Source of the DNA: Candidatus Multivoradales bacterium
Lineage (GTDB): Bacteria; Acidobacteriota; Thermoanaerobaculia; Multivoradales; Multivoraceae
NCBI GenBank assembly: GCA_965223325.1
Contig: CBDCWI010000001.1
Location: forward strand, 1,728,001-1,792,000
DNA: 64,000 bases
Direction: 5' to 3'
Position 1 is the first letter of the stretch; each line of letters starts with the position of its first letter. The position numbers and the translations under genes are program-made. Below the pieces are notes generated by a model, which was not told the DNA's origin, did no database searches, and worked only from the letters and a program-made list of their open reading frames with translations. This document shows, one piece after another, positions 10,802 through 20,163 of this stretch.

Positions 10802-11183
10802 CCGTGTCAGGTGACCCGGGTTCCCACAAGTCGGCACCCTGGCGCCGCGGCGCGTCCGTTTAGAAACACCCCTCGGGCGGCTCGAACGGCCGGGCGTACC
10901 GGAATGAACCCGCTGCACTCGAAGACCAGGCTTCCAGCCGTTACGCTCTTCCGAGATCCATGCTCAATGGGTCTCAGATAGCTCTTTAACAATACCTCCA
11001 CAGTCGAAACTGAGGCGCGACTGAGCATCGACCCCGAGACGGCGTTGCGGCGGGCCGCCACGCTGCGGTGCCAGAAAGTTGGGGTCGCCCGGAATGAGAG
11101 GTAGACGCAGAGCGTCGATGTTATCGAGCGGGCGAGCCACTTCAGAGAGCGGCGAACCGGTCAATTGCCGACGGATATCTGCC

Positions 11184-11447
11184 CTAAACCGAACCACGAG
11201 ACCGTCCCCCGGGAGCCCAGCGGTCGAGAACCGGCATTCCGCTGCCCTCTAGGAGTAGCTCGCGCGCAGGGTCAAGCCAGTCGGTTCCGACGGGGACCCG
11301 AATCTCCCCCGGCTTACTGTTCGCTGGGAGCCGCGGCGAGGAGGCTTGGCGGACCCGCAAATGGTCCGCAGAGCTCTCAAAGAGGTCTTCGCCGGCTGGC
11401 CGCCCTGGCCAAAGGCCTGGCAACGAATCGTCATAGCAACCGTTCAT
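11184..11447 (-). CDS. Candidate small hypothetical protein (87 aa, MNGCYDDSLPGLW...)
   Basis: GAGGAG Shine-Dalgarno about 10 nt before ATG 11447, inside an otherwise empty 1.1-kb gap. No motif recognised. Confidence 0.35.
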   Translation of the reverse strand: MNGCYDDSLPGLWPGRPAGEDLFESSADHLRVRQASSPRLPANSKPGEIRVPVGTDWLDPARELLLEGSGMPVLDRWAPGGRSRGSV

Positions 11448-11777
11448 GTTGTAAGTCTCCTCGCTGTTGTACGGTGGCCCTGGGTCGCCATCCTGGCGTG
11501 GGGGCTGTGCCTGGAACGGTGACTTCCCCGGCGGGATGCGAACGAACAAGCAGGAGACGGAAACCCCCTTCGGCCTCGAAGGAAGTGTTGAAAACCCTCG
11601 AAAGAGGACCTGACGCGGTCGAAAACTTCCGAACGACTTTCATGTGAATGCAATGACGATACCACAACATTTCATTCGTTTTTTCCCCAATAAAACTGAT
11701 CACTGCTCGGTTCAGCGGTCTTTTTTCTACCCTTTCTAGCCATCCACCGATTCCTTCTGCGCCGTTTTCGTCATCCC

Positions 11778-14021
11778 ATGGACCGCACCCGTTTCCACAC
11801 GCTGTTGGCTCTGTTGCTCGCCTTCACGATGCTGGCGTTGCCGGCAACTGCCCAGGAGGCAACTGCGCATAGCGACGCCAACGACCGGCGACCCACCTTT
11901 CACCTGCCGCGGCTCGAGGGTGATGTCCGCATCGACGGCGTCCTCGACGACGCGATTTGGCAAGACGCGCTGGTCCTCCACCTGCACTACGAAACCCAGC
12001 CCGGTGAGAACGTTCCACCACCCGACCCGACCGAGTGCCGGCTGTTCTACGACCATCACGCCCTCTACTACGGCTGCCGCGCGTCCGACAGCAATCCAGA
12101 CGCCATTCGAGCGCGCTTCGCCGATCGCGACCAGACGGCGTTCTCCGACGACACGATTGGAATCGCCATTGATCCGTTCGACACCAACAAGCGCAGCTTC
12201 GTGCTCGACGTCAACCCCTATGGCATTCAGAACGATCGTCTCTACAGCGAAGCCACTGGCAGGTCCGACTCCAGCTGGGATGCCGTCTGGAGATCGGCGG
12301 GACGCATCACCGACAAGGGCTACGAAGTCGAGGCGGCCATTCCCTTTGCCTCGCTGCGCTTCCCTCGCACGGCTGGTGAGCAGCGTTGGACGCTAAGCGT
12401 TAGGCGTTACCTGCCGCGCGAAGTGATTCGCCGAGTCGCGCTCACGCCCAACGATCGCAACAACCCCTGCCGAACCTGCCAGAGCGCGGTCCTGGTTGGC
12501 TTCGTCGACATCGACGCCGGGCGCCACCTCGAAGTCACCCCCACGCTGACGGGAATCGCAACGACTGACAATGTCGCCGACTCTCGTGATGACCAACTCG
12601 ACCCTGGCATCACGGCACGCTGGGGAGTCACGCCCAACCTGGCGCTCTCGGCCACGCTCAATCCAGACTTCTCTCAGGTCGAAGCCGACGAAGCGCAACT
12701 CGCCGTCAATCAACAGTTCGCGCTTTTCTTCCAAGAACGCCGGCCCTTCTTTCTCGAAGGAAGCGAGTTCTTCGACAGCAACCTCAACGCCGTCCACACG
12801 CGCTCGGTCGCCGATCCGTCCTGGGGACTCAAAGCAACCGGCAAAGAGGGGCGCTACGGGATCGGTGCCTTCCTCGCCCGTGATGAAACCACAAACCTGC
12901 TCCTTCCAGGTCGAGAGTCCTCCCAGACGACGTTCATCGACCGCGCATCGGACGCCGCGGTCCTCCGCGTGCAGCGCGATGTGGGCAGGGAGTCACGCCT
13001 GGGGTTCTTGTTCACCAACCGCGACGCCGGACCCTACGAGAACCGAGTCGGTGGACTCGACGGTCGATTCAGACTCGGGCGCTCCGACACGCTGACGCTG
13101 CAGGCGCTGACCTCGCGCACCGTCTATCCCAACACCCTTACAGCCCAAGGTCAGGCGCCAACCGGCGTGCTCGACGACGAGGCCTGGTACGTGCGCTACC
13201 AACATCAAGAGCGCAACTGGACCTGGAACACGGTCTACCAGGATATCGGCGACGACTTTCGGGCCGACCTCGGTTTTCTTCCGCAAGTCGGCATCCGACA
13301 CCTGACGAGCTACGGCGAATACCGCCTCCACGGAGGCAACGACCGCTGGTTCACCTCCATCGAGTTCTCCGGCAGGATCGCGCGCAAAGAAACACAGGAC
13401 GGTGACCTGTCGTCGGCTCGCAACGAGGCCTGGGTGGTATGGAACGGGCGCCCTCAGGCCGATTTCGCCTTTGGCGGAGGGCTGAACCGACGCACCCACC
13501 GTGGAGTCGCCTTCGACTACACCGACTGGTGGCTCGCCTTCTCGCTGCAACCGATCCGCCAGGTCTTCGTCGGCGCCGACTACCAGGGTGGACGCACCGT
13601 CGACTTCGTCGGCGTTCGGGAGGGGGACAACTTCGAGGTCAGCGGCTTCTCGAAGGTGACGCTCGGTAAACACCTCACAGCCTCGCTGTCACACCGCCTC
13701 CGCCAACTCGACCTCGACGCCGGCAACCTGTTCGAAGCGAATCAGAGCGAGCTCCGTTTCGTCTACCAGTGGAACGCCCGCGCTCTGGTTCGTGCCATCG
13801 CCCAGCGAACCCTGCTCGACCGCAACACCTCGCTCTACCCGTTCACGGTCGACGAACGAACCGACGCCGTCTTCGGGCAACTGGTCGTAAGCTACAAGCT
13901 CAACCCCGAGACCGCCATCTACATCGGCTATGCCGCCGACTGGTTCGAGGTCGGCGAGGGTGGGCTGATCGAGCTTGGCGATACGGCCTTTCTCAAACTC
14001 AGTTGGGCCTGGAGACCCTGA
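11778..14021 (+). CDS. CBM9-like + DUF5916 outer-membrane protein
   Basis: Signal peptide; IDGVLDD..W; WDAVWRSAG; ATLNPDFSQVEAD; FFQERRPFFLEG; C-terminal FLKLSWAWRP. Confidence 0.88.
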   Translation: MDRTRFHTLLALLLAFTMLALPATAQEATAHSDANDRRPTFHLPRLEGDVRIDGVLDDAIWQDALVLHLHYETQPGENVPPPDPTECRLFYDHHALYYGCRASDSNPDAIRARFADRDQTAFSDDTIGIAIDPFDTNKRSFVLDVNPYGIQNDRLYSEATGRSDSSWDAVWRSAGRITDKGYEVEAAIPFASLRFPRTAGEQRWTLSVRRYLPREVIRRVALTPNDRNNPCRTCQSAVLVGFVDIDAGRHLEVTPTLTGIATTDNVADSRDDQLDPGITARWGVTPNLALSATLNPDFSQVEADEAQLAVNQQFALFFQERRPFFLEGSEFFDSNLNAVHTRSVADPSWGLKATGKEGRYGIGAFLARDETTNLLLPGRESSQTTFIDRASDAAVLRVQRDVGRESRLGFLFTNRDAGPYENRVGGLDGRFRLGRSDTLTLQALTSRTVYPNTLTAQGQAPTGVLDDEAWYVRYQHQERNWTWNTVYQDIGDDFRADLGFLPQVGIRHLTSYGEYRLHGGNDRWFTSIEFSGRIARKETQDGDLSSARNEAWVVWNGRPQADFAFGGGLNRRTHRGVAFDYTDWWLAFSLQPIRQVFVGADYQGGRTVDFVGVREGDNFEVSGFSKVTLGKHLTASLSHRLRQLDLDAGNLFEANQSELRFVYQWNARALVRAIAQRTLLDRNTSLYPFTVDERTDAVFGQLVVSYKLNPETAIYIGYAADWFEVGEGGLIELGDTAFLKLSWAWRP

Positions 14022-14031
14022 GGAGCTTGGC

Positions 14032-15123
14032 ATGACTTCGGACACGAGCGGCCGCCGCGCCAAAGGAACCCGCAGCACGAAACACTGCGACGTAGAGGAC
14101 TTCGATCTCGAACCGCTTGCCGCCCTCGATCTCGGCGCGGTCGACTCCTTCGGTGAGCTGCTCGTTGCGATGCGCTCGACTTCCTTCGGCGGTCGCCAAC
14201 TCGGCGAGGCGGCTGACGTTCTGCAGGCGATGGTTGAGGACCCGGATTGCCTGGTCGTTGGCACGTTTTCCGGTGCGATGACGGTCGCCAAGCAAGGCCT
14301 GGTGCTCTGCGACATGATCGACAACGGCATGCTCGACATCATCGTCTCGACCGGCGCTCTGATGGCGCACGGCTTGGTCGAGGCCACCGGGCGGGCGCAC
14401 TTCAAGGCGCCGCCAGATCTCGACGATCGCGAGCTCTACTACGCTGGTTTCGATCGGGTCTACGACACCCTCGAACTGGAACAGAACCTCGACGACATCG
14501 AAGAGATCTTTCGCGCGATCCTGGAGAGGTGGCCGGCTGGTGACACCGCGTCGTCGCACGCACTCTGTCGCGCGCTCGGAGAGTGGCTCGACGAAGACGA
14601 CGCTGGTCGTGGGATTCTTCGCTCCGCGTTTCTTCGCGACGTTCCGGTCTACATTCCAGCCTTCAGCGACTCGGAGCTCGGCCTCGACTTCGTGATCTCC
14701 AACCGCATCCGTCAGCGCGACGGCCGTGAAGCGATCGCCTTCGACCCGTTCCTCGACCTCGAGCACTATGCTGCGCGTGTTTTCGAGTCCACGCGCCTGG
14801 GAATCTTTACCATTGGCGGCGGTGTTCCACGCAATTGGGCACAACAGGTGGGTCCGTTTCTCGACATCGCCGAGAAGCGAGGCGTCGGCGAACCAGCTCT
14901 CCGGCGCTTTCGCTACGCCGTGCGCATCTGCCCCGAGCCGGTTCACTGGGGCGGCCTATCCGGCTGTACCTACAGTGAAGGGGTCTCCTGGGGGAAGTTC
15001 GTACCACCCTCTGAGGGCGGCCGCTTTGCCGAGGTCGCCGCGGACGCGACGCTGGTCTGGCCACTATTGGTAAAGGGCGTCCTCGAGCGCCTGTCGAACA
15101 GCTCCACCTCCGACCGACCCTGA
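14032..15123 (+). CDS. Deoxyhypusine-synthase-family protein (possibly homospermidine synthase activity)
   Basis: SGAMT, STGA, PAFSDSELG, GGGVPRNWAQQ, GGLSGCTYSEGVSWGK with the catalytic Lys; RBS gaggag before ATG 14032. Confidence 0.9.
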   Translation: MTSDTSGRRAKGTRSTKHCDVEDFDLEPLAALDLGAVDSFGELLVAMRSTSFGGRQLGEAADVLQAMVEDPDCLVVGTFSGAMTVAKQGLVLCDMIDNGMLDIIVSTGALMAHGLVEATGRAHFKAPPDLDDRELYYAGFDRVYDTLELEQNLDDIEEIFRAILERWPAGDTASSHALCRALGEWLDEDDAGRGILRSAFLRDVPVYIPAFSDSELGLDFVISNRIRQRDGREAIAFDPFLDLEHYAARVFESTRLGIFTIGGGVPRNWAQQVGPFLDIAEKRGVGEPALRRFRYAVRICPEPVHWGGLSGCTYSEGVSWGKFVPPSEGGRFAEVAADATLVWPLLVKGVLERLSNSSTSDRP

Positions 15124-15152
15124 GCCACCACAGATCAAAGAGAGGCCTCTCT

Positions 15153-15623
15153 ATGAACCTGAATCGAACCGCAGCGATCACAAACGCTGCACTCCTGGTC
15201 GCCCTGATGGGCACCGCCGGCGCGACTGCCCAAGAACCTGAACTCGAGCCAATGGACCCGATCGTCTGTGACGACGGCCAGACGGTGGAGGTAAAGAACC
15301 GTTTGATCGAAACCGATGGCACCGCCATCGAAGCCAATGGCCGCTGCCGCGTCGTCATCCGCGGGTCGCGCATCGTCTCCGAGTCCGTCGCTATCGTGGC
15401 GCGCGTTCGCAGCCACATCGAAATCATCGACAGTGAGATCGAGGGTGCCGGCGGCGTTCTGGCTTTGGCTCGCGGCAAGGTCCTCATTCGCGGTTCACAG
15501 GTCACCGGCGGTGTGCTGGCACGCCACAAGGCCGAGATCGAAGACGTGGGCGGAAACGAAATCGACGGCAAGTACGGTGGCCCCACCACCACCCTCGGTG
15601 CGCGGGCGGCCGGCGACGGCTAG
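15153..15623 (+). CDS. Secreted hypothetical protein, beta-helix-like repeats
   Basis: Signal peptide; repeated AI.A.G...V.I.GS.I units. Confidence 0.6.
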   Translation: MNLNRTAAITNAALLVALMGTAGATAQEPELEPMDPIVCDDGQTVEVKNRLIETDGTAIEANGRCRVVIRGSRIVSESVAIVARVRSHIEIIDSEIEGAGGVLALARGKVLIRGSQVTGGVLARHKAEIEDVGGNEIDGKYGGPTTTLGARAAGDG

Positions 15624-16003
15624 CCTTCGGGCACCTCTTTCGGAGCGCGGTTGTAGCCGCGCTCACCCCACGGTTCGATCTGCTCGCACCAGATCTCGAG
15701 TAACGCCGCTAGATCATCGCTGCCGTTCCAGGAGGGCGGAGCGGCGGCTGGCACTTCGAGTTCCTCGAGGACTTCGAAGGCGAAGGCGTCGGGGCCGAAC
15801 TCTGCCCAGTCGCGCTGGAGCTCGGGATGCAAGAGGAACGAACTTGTACTCAGCTGCATGCGCAACTTGTTCCACACCGCGTTGAGGTTGGGCGACGAAC
15901 CAAGAAGAACTTTCCCGTTCGCCTTGTTGCGCACTCGGTACACTCCCATCGGCTGGCGACTCTCTTTGTACTGGCGCTTCAGCTCTTTGCGTCGATCGTT
16001 CAC
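15620..16003 (-). CDS. GIY-YIG nuclease-family protein
   Basis: MGVYRVRNKANGKVLLGSS..., LQRDWAEFGPDAFAFEVLE. Confidence 0.8.
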   Translation of the reverse strand: MNDRRKELKRQYKESRQPMGVYRVRNKANGKVLLGSSPNLNAVWNKLRMQLSTSSFLLHPELQRDWAEFGPDAFAFEVLEELEVPAAAPPSWNGSDDLAALLEIWCEQIEPWGERGYNRAPKEVPEG

Positions 16004-16036
16004 TTTGACCTCCCGGTACGCAACAGCCTCTACCCT

Positions 16037-16435
16037 ATGCTCCGACTCGCCTTCAGCGGCCTTCTCGCGCTCTCAGCCTTCGCCACCGGCGCGCTCGGCT
16101 CGTTGACCCTGGTCGCGCCCGACCGATTGGCCAGCGGCTTCAACGTCACGTTGCCAGAAGACGTTGACCTGTCCCTGCTGATGGCGGTGCTCGGCGGAGT
16201 GCTGCTTTCCCTGGCGCTCATCGTCGGCCTCGCTGCCCACTGGTCGTTCCAGCAGCGCCCCGAAGGGCGCACCCTCGGCCTCCTCTGTGCGGTCACTCTC
16301 CTGCTGGTCGCAGTGGCCGGCTGGTGGTTCGGCGGTTCGCGCGAGATTCTGCTGCTCGACGGGGTGCGCGGCGTGGTGATCTTTGCGCTCGGCTGGTTCT
16401 GGAAGATCGAGGAACCTCAGGCCCGGCGGTCGTAG
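16037..16435 (+). CDS. Small integral membrane protein (about 4 TM)
   Basis: Four hydrophobic segments from ATG 16037. Confidence 0.6.
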   Translation: MLRLAFSGLLALSAFATGALGSLTLVAPDRLASGFNVTLPEDVDLSLLMAVLGGVLLSLALIVGLAAHWSFQQRPEGRTLGLLCAVTLLLVAVAGWWFGGSREILLLDGVRGVVIFALGWFWKIEEPQARRS

Positions 16436-17556
16436 CGCGCGACAAACCGCCTGAACGCCAAAACGATCGGCAGCCGATCCAACCACGCCGAGGCATCGGC
16501 ACGCGAATCGTCGAGTTCGTGGAGTGCTCCCACGTAACCTTCCGGGATCTGGCTGTGCAGAGAATCGGGATCGTCGTCGTCCTCTAGAAAGTGGTACTCG
16601 TAACCGGGCACGAAGACGTCCTCGTCGGCCACCACCTCGATCGGGCGCACGCCGAAGGTCGTCAACTCGGTCTGCACCGTTTGCGGCGGAATGATCCAGG
16701 CATGTTCCGGGCTTTCAAAGATCAGGTACTGAATCTCGCGATTCCGGGAGAGGAATCGAAAGCGACGGATCACGCCCCGGTAGAGCGAGCTCCGTCCGTG
16801 GGTGACCTCGAGTAGCGCACGCGTCGTGAACTCGGGCTCGAGGCCCGGGGCGATCCACAACGAAGTCGGGTCGTTTCGGCGGGTGAAGCGGAGAGCCTTA
16901 CGCCCCCCATAGACCCGGTCCTTGGGCAGTCGTGCCGCGCGACGACGCGGTTCGACGAACTCACGGTAGGGCTCGATGCGGTTCTTCGGCGCGTGCTGCA
17001 GCACCAGTCCAGGCCCCACAACGTCGTGTTTGGGGCGCCGCACCCGCCGATTGATGGTTTCGACGGCGCTTTGCATCTCGAGCGGCAAGTCGGTGGTCGC
17101 TTCGACCGAGAACTCGATCTCTTCACCGTCGAGCCACTCGGTGCGCGTGTCGCCCTTGCCGATCCACAGCTCTTCGCCGTCTTCGAAGATGTGCGAGGCA
17201 ACGCGCCAGATGAGCGAGATGTCTTTGTAGAAAACGCGCGGATAGATCACTCGGCGGCCGGTGCGCGGATGACGCTGCACGACGTAGGCCACGAAGAAGC
17301 GCAGGTCCGGGTTCTGCCGCGCATGGGTCAGATAGAAGGTCGTGCCGAAGAGATCGATGCGGGCCTTCGGGGTGTAACCGAGGGTCAACAGTCGTTCGGG
17401 ACGATCGCGCGCCGCCCCCACGCAACGGATCGGGGTCCCCGAAGCGACCAGACGTTTGAATTCGTTGGCGATTTGAACCGCCCCGCGTGGGTCCGGCTCG
17501 ACGGATGCAATGGCAGACGGAGAGAAGCGTTGCCGCCTCTTTGAATCAGATGACAT
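16417..17556 (-). CDS. Hypothetical protein (379 aa)
   Basis: Long ORF with globular, aromatic-rich composition. No family recognised. Confidence 0.65.
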   Translation of the reverse strand: MSSDSKRRQRFSPSAIASVEPDPRGAVQIANEFKRLVASGTPIRCVGAARDRPERLLTLGYTPKARIDLFGTTFYLTHARQNPDLRFFVAYVVQRHPRTGRRVIYPRVFYKDISLIWRVASHIFEDGEELWIGKGDTRTEWLDGEEIEFSVEATTDLPLEMQSAVETINRRVRRPKHDVVGPGLVLQHAPKNRIEPYREFVEPRRRAARLPKDRVYGGRKALRFTRRNDPTSLWIAPGLEPEFTTRALLEVTHGRSSLYRGVIRRFRFLSRNREIQYLIFESPEHAWIIPPQTVQTELTTFGVRPIEVVADEDVFVPGYEYHFLEDDDDPDSLHSQIPEGYVGALHELDDSRADASAWLDRLPIVLAFRRFVARYDRRA

Positions 17557-17681
17557 GGATTCCTATTGAATCAGTGGTTGAGCGCCCACCCTATCGCTTG
17601 CACGCTCCTGACCTCGAGCGGGCAAACCGCGAGGGCGCGGACTCCCTGATGAGCGACTAATAGCCAACCTGGAGACTCCCC

Positions 17682-20147
17682 ATGCATTCGCCCTCTCAGC
17701 CGGGTCGCCTTCTCGTGCCCCTTGCTCATGCCAGCCTGCTCGTCGCCCTTGGCAGCGCACTGTCGACCCCACTCGTCGCGCAGCCGACAGAACCTTCCGC
17801 GACCAGCGACCGGGCCTGCACGACCCCCGAAGACTTCACCATCATCGCGCTCCCCGACACCCAGTACTACTCGCAGTCTCACCCCTGGGTCTTCAAGGCA
17901 CAGACCGAGTGGATTGTCGCCAACCGCCAGGCGCTCAACATCGCCTTCGTCGCGCATGAAGGCGATCTGGTGAACACCTGGAACAGTCATGCCCAGTGGC
18001 AAGTCGCCAGCGAAGCGATGTCGACGCTCGAGGACCCGGTCACCACCGGCCGGCCCGAGGGCATTCCCTACCTACCCGCGATCGGCAACCACGACCTCGA
18101 TCTCAACGACAACGCCACCAATCCCACCGCCCACTTCAACCAGTACTTCGGCAGCGATCGCTTCGCGAACCGTTCGTACTACGGCGGCCACATGGGGGCG
18201 AACAACGACAACTCCTATGCCCTGTTCTCGGCAGGTGGAATCGACTTCGTGGCGATCTCCCTGGCCTACCGCAAGACGGTCGATCTCGAGGTGATCGCCT
18301 GGGCCGACTCCCTGCTCAAGCAGTACAGCAACCGCCTCGCCATCGTCACCAGCCACTGGCACATCGACAAGGAGACCGAGGCCGGCTTCAGCGTCCAGGG
18401 AGAAGCCCACTACGAAGTCCTGCGTCACAACCCCAACCTCGTCCTGATGCTCGGTGGCCACGTGCACGGCGAGAACCGACGTGCCGACTTGATGGGCGGC
18501 CGCATCGTGTCGTCGCAGCTTGCCGACTTTCAAAGTCGACCGAACGGCGGCAACGGCTGGCTGCGCATCCTGCGCTTCAGGCCCACGAAGAACAAGATCG
18601 AGGTCTACACACACTCGCCAACGCTCGGACAGTCCGAAACCGACGACAACAGCCGCTTCGACGTGCCCTGGGTCATGGCCGGGCGCTGCAACCCAAACGC
18701 CGGCAACGGAACCTCGCGCTTCGCGGGCTCGGCCATTGCTTCGGGTGACTTCGACGGTAACGGCCATGACGATCTGGTGGTCGGGGCGCCAGGTGCGACC
18801 CAGGGCAACCAGCCGCGCGCCGGTGCGGTGACGGTCTACTGCGGCTCACAACTCGGCCTGTCGACCCCATTGACCCTCGTCCAGGGGAGGGACGGAGTTC
18901 CTGGAGGTGGCGAGCGTGACGACCAGTTCGGCTTCGCGCTCACTGCCGGTGACTGGAACGATGACGGCCTCTCAGACCTCGCGATCGGTGCACCCACCGA
19001 GAACAAGGGCGACACCGTCTCCGCCGGTGCGGTCACCGTTCTCTACGGCGCTCCGGGCGGCCTCGGAACCGGGGCTACCAAACGCTACTTCGAAGGCGAC
19101 TCGGGGCTGCCGGGCTGGCCGGAAGAGGGCGACCAATTCGGCTTCGCGCTCACCACCGGCGACTTCAACGGCGACGGCGTTGACGACCTGGTCATTGGCT
19201 CACCTCTCGAAGACCTGGGCGGCGAACGCGACGCCGGCCGCCTGATGTGGATCCCGGGCAGCGCAGAGGGGCTCTCGAGCGAGCAAGCCCGACTGATCGA
19301 CCAGAACACTCCCGGCATCATCGGCGGAGTCGAAGCGTGGGATCGTTTCGCCTGGGCGCTTGCCGCCGGCGACTTCGACGGCGACGGCCTGAGCGACCTG
19401 GCGGTGGGCGTTCCCTACGAGCAACTCGGGGCGGCGAAGAAGACCGGTGCTGTCAACGTTCTCTACGGCAGCTCGACCGGGCCCTCGGCCATCGGCGACC
19501 AGATGCTGAGCCAAGACTGGCTCAGGGGCAGCGGCGGTGGCGCCGGTAGCGAGTCTGGCGACAACTTCGGTGCCGCCCTGGCAACTGGTGACCTGAACGG
19601 CGACGGGCGCGACGAGTTGATCGTCGGCGCACCGGGCGAAGACATCGGCTCGGCGCAGAACACTGGCGCCTTGAGTGTGGTTCCAGGAAGCAGCTCCGGC
19701 CTGACCTGGCAGGGCTCCCGCATGTGGTGGCAGAACAGCCAGCTCGGAATCGCCTCGGAAAAGGAAGACCGCTTCGCCTCGAGCCTCACCACCGGGGACT
19801 TCGACGACGACGGATTCGCAGATCTGGCGATCGGCATGCCGTTCGAGGCCTGGGGATCTGCCCCACTGCGCTCGGGGGCCGTCATGTTGCTGTCTGGCGG
19901 TCCCGGAGGCCTCGAGGGCAGCAGTCGCCGCGGCCTACGCCCAGCAGACTTCGAGAACGACAACCGTGAGGACTTCTGGGGCTTCGCCCTGGGTGCCGCC
20001 GACCTGCTCGGCGGTGACGAGGACGAACTGGTCATCGGAGTTCCTGGCCGCGACGTGCAGAACCGTGCTGATCGCGGGCAGGTGCGTGTCCTCAGGGGCA
20101 GTCCGGCCGGCGTGATGCTCGCCTTCTCACGCCTGCTCTGGCCCTAG
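17682..20147 (+). CDS. Secreted metallophosphoesterase fused to FG-GAP (integrin-alpha-like) repeats
   Basis: LPDTQ, HEGD, GNHD, GGHVH motifs, then about 7 FG.AL..GDF.GDG.DDL.IGAP repeats. Confidence 0.88.
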   Translation: MHSPSQPGRLLVPLAHASLLVALGSALSTPLVAQPTEPSATSDRACTTPEDFTIIALPDTQYYSQSHPWVFKAQTEWIVANRQALNIAFVAHEGDLVNTWNSHAQWQVASEAMSTLEDPVTTGRPEGIPYLPAIGNHDLDLNDNATNPTAHFNQYFGSDRFANRSYYGGHMGANNDNSYALFSAGGIDFVAISLAYRKTVDLEVIAWADSLLKQYSNRLAIVTSHWHIDKETEAGFSVQGEAHYEVLRHNPNLVLMLGGHVHGENRRADLMGGRIVSSQLADFQSRPNGGNGWLRILRFRPTKNKIEVYTHSPTLGQSETDDNSRFDVPWVMAGRCNPNAGNGTSRFAGSAIASGDFDGNGHDDLVVGAPGATQGNQPRAGAVTVYCGSQLGLSTPLTLVQGRDGVPGGGERDDQFGFALTAGDWNDDGLSDLAIGAPTENKGDTVSAGAVTVLYGAPGGLGTGATKRYFEGDSGLPGWPEEGDQFGFALTTGDFNGDGVDDLVIGSPLEDLGGERDAGRLMWIPGSAEGLSSEQARLIDQNTPGIIGGVEAWDRFAWALAAGDFDGDGLSDLAVGVPYEQLGAAKKTGAVNVLYGSSTGPSAIGDQMLSQDWLRGSGGGAGSESGDNFGAALATGDLNGDGRDELIVGAPGEDIGSAQNTGALSVVPGSSSGLTWQGSRMWWQNSQLGIASEKEDRFASSLTTGDFDDDGFADLAIGMPFEAWGSAPLRSGAVMLLSGGPGGLEGSSRRGLRPADFENDNREDFWGFALGAADLLGGDEDELVIGVPGRDVQNRADRGQVRVLRGSPAGVMLAFSRLLWP

Positions 20148-20163
20148 TCGACGGCCGATTCTT

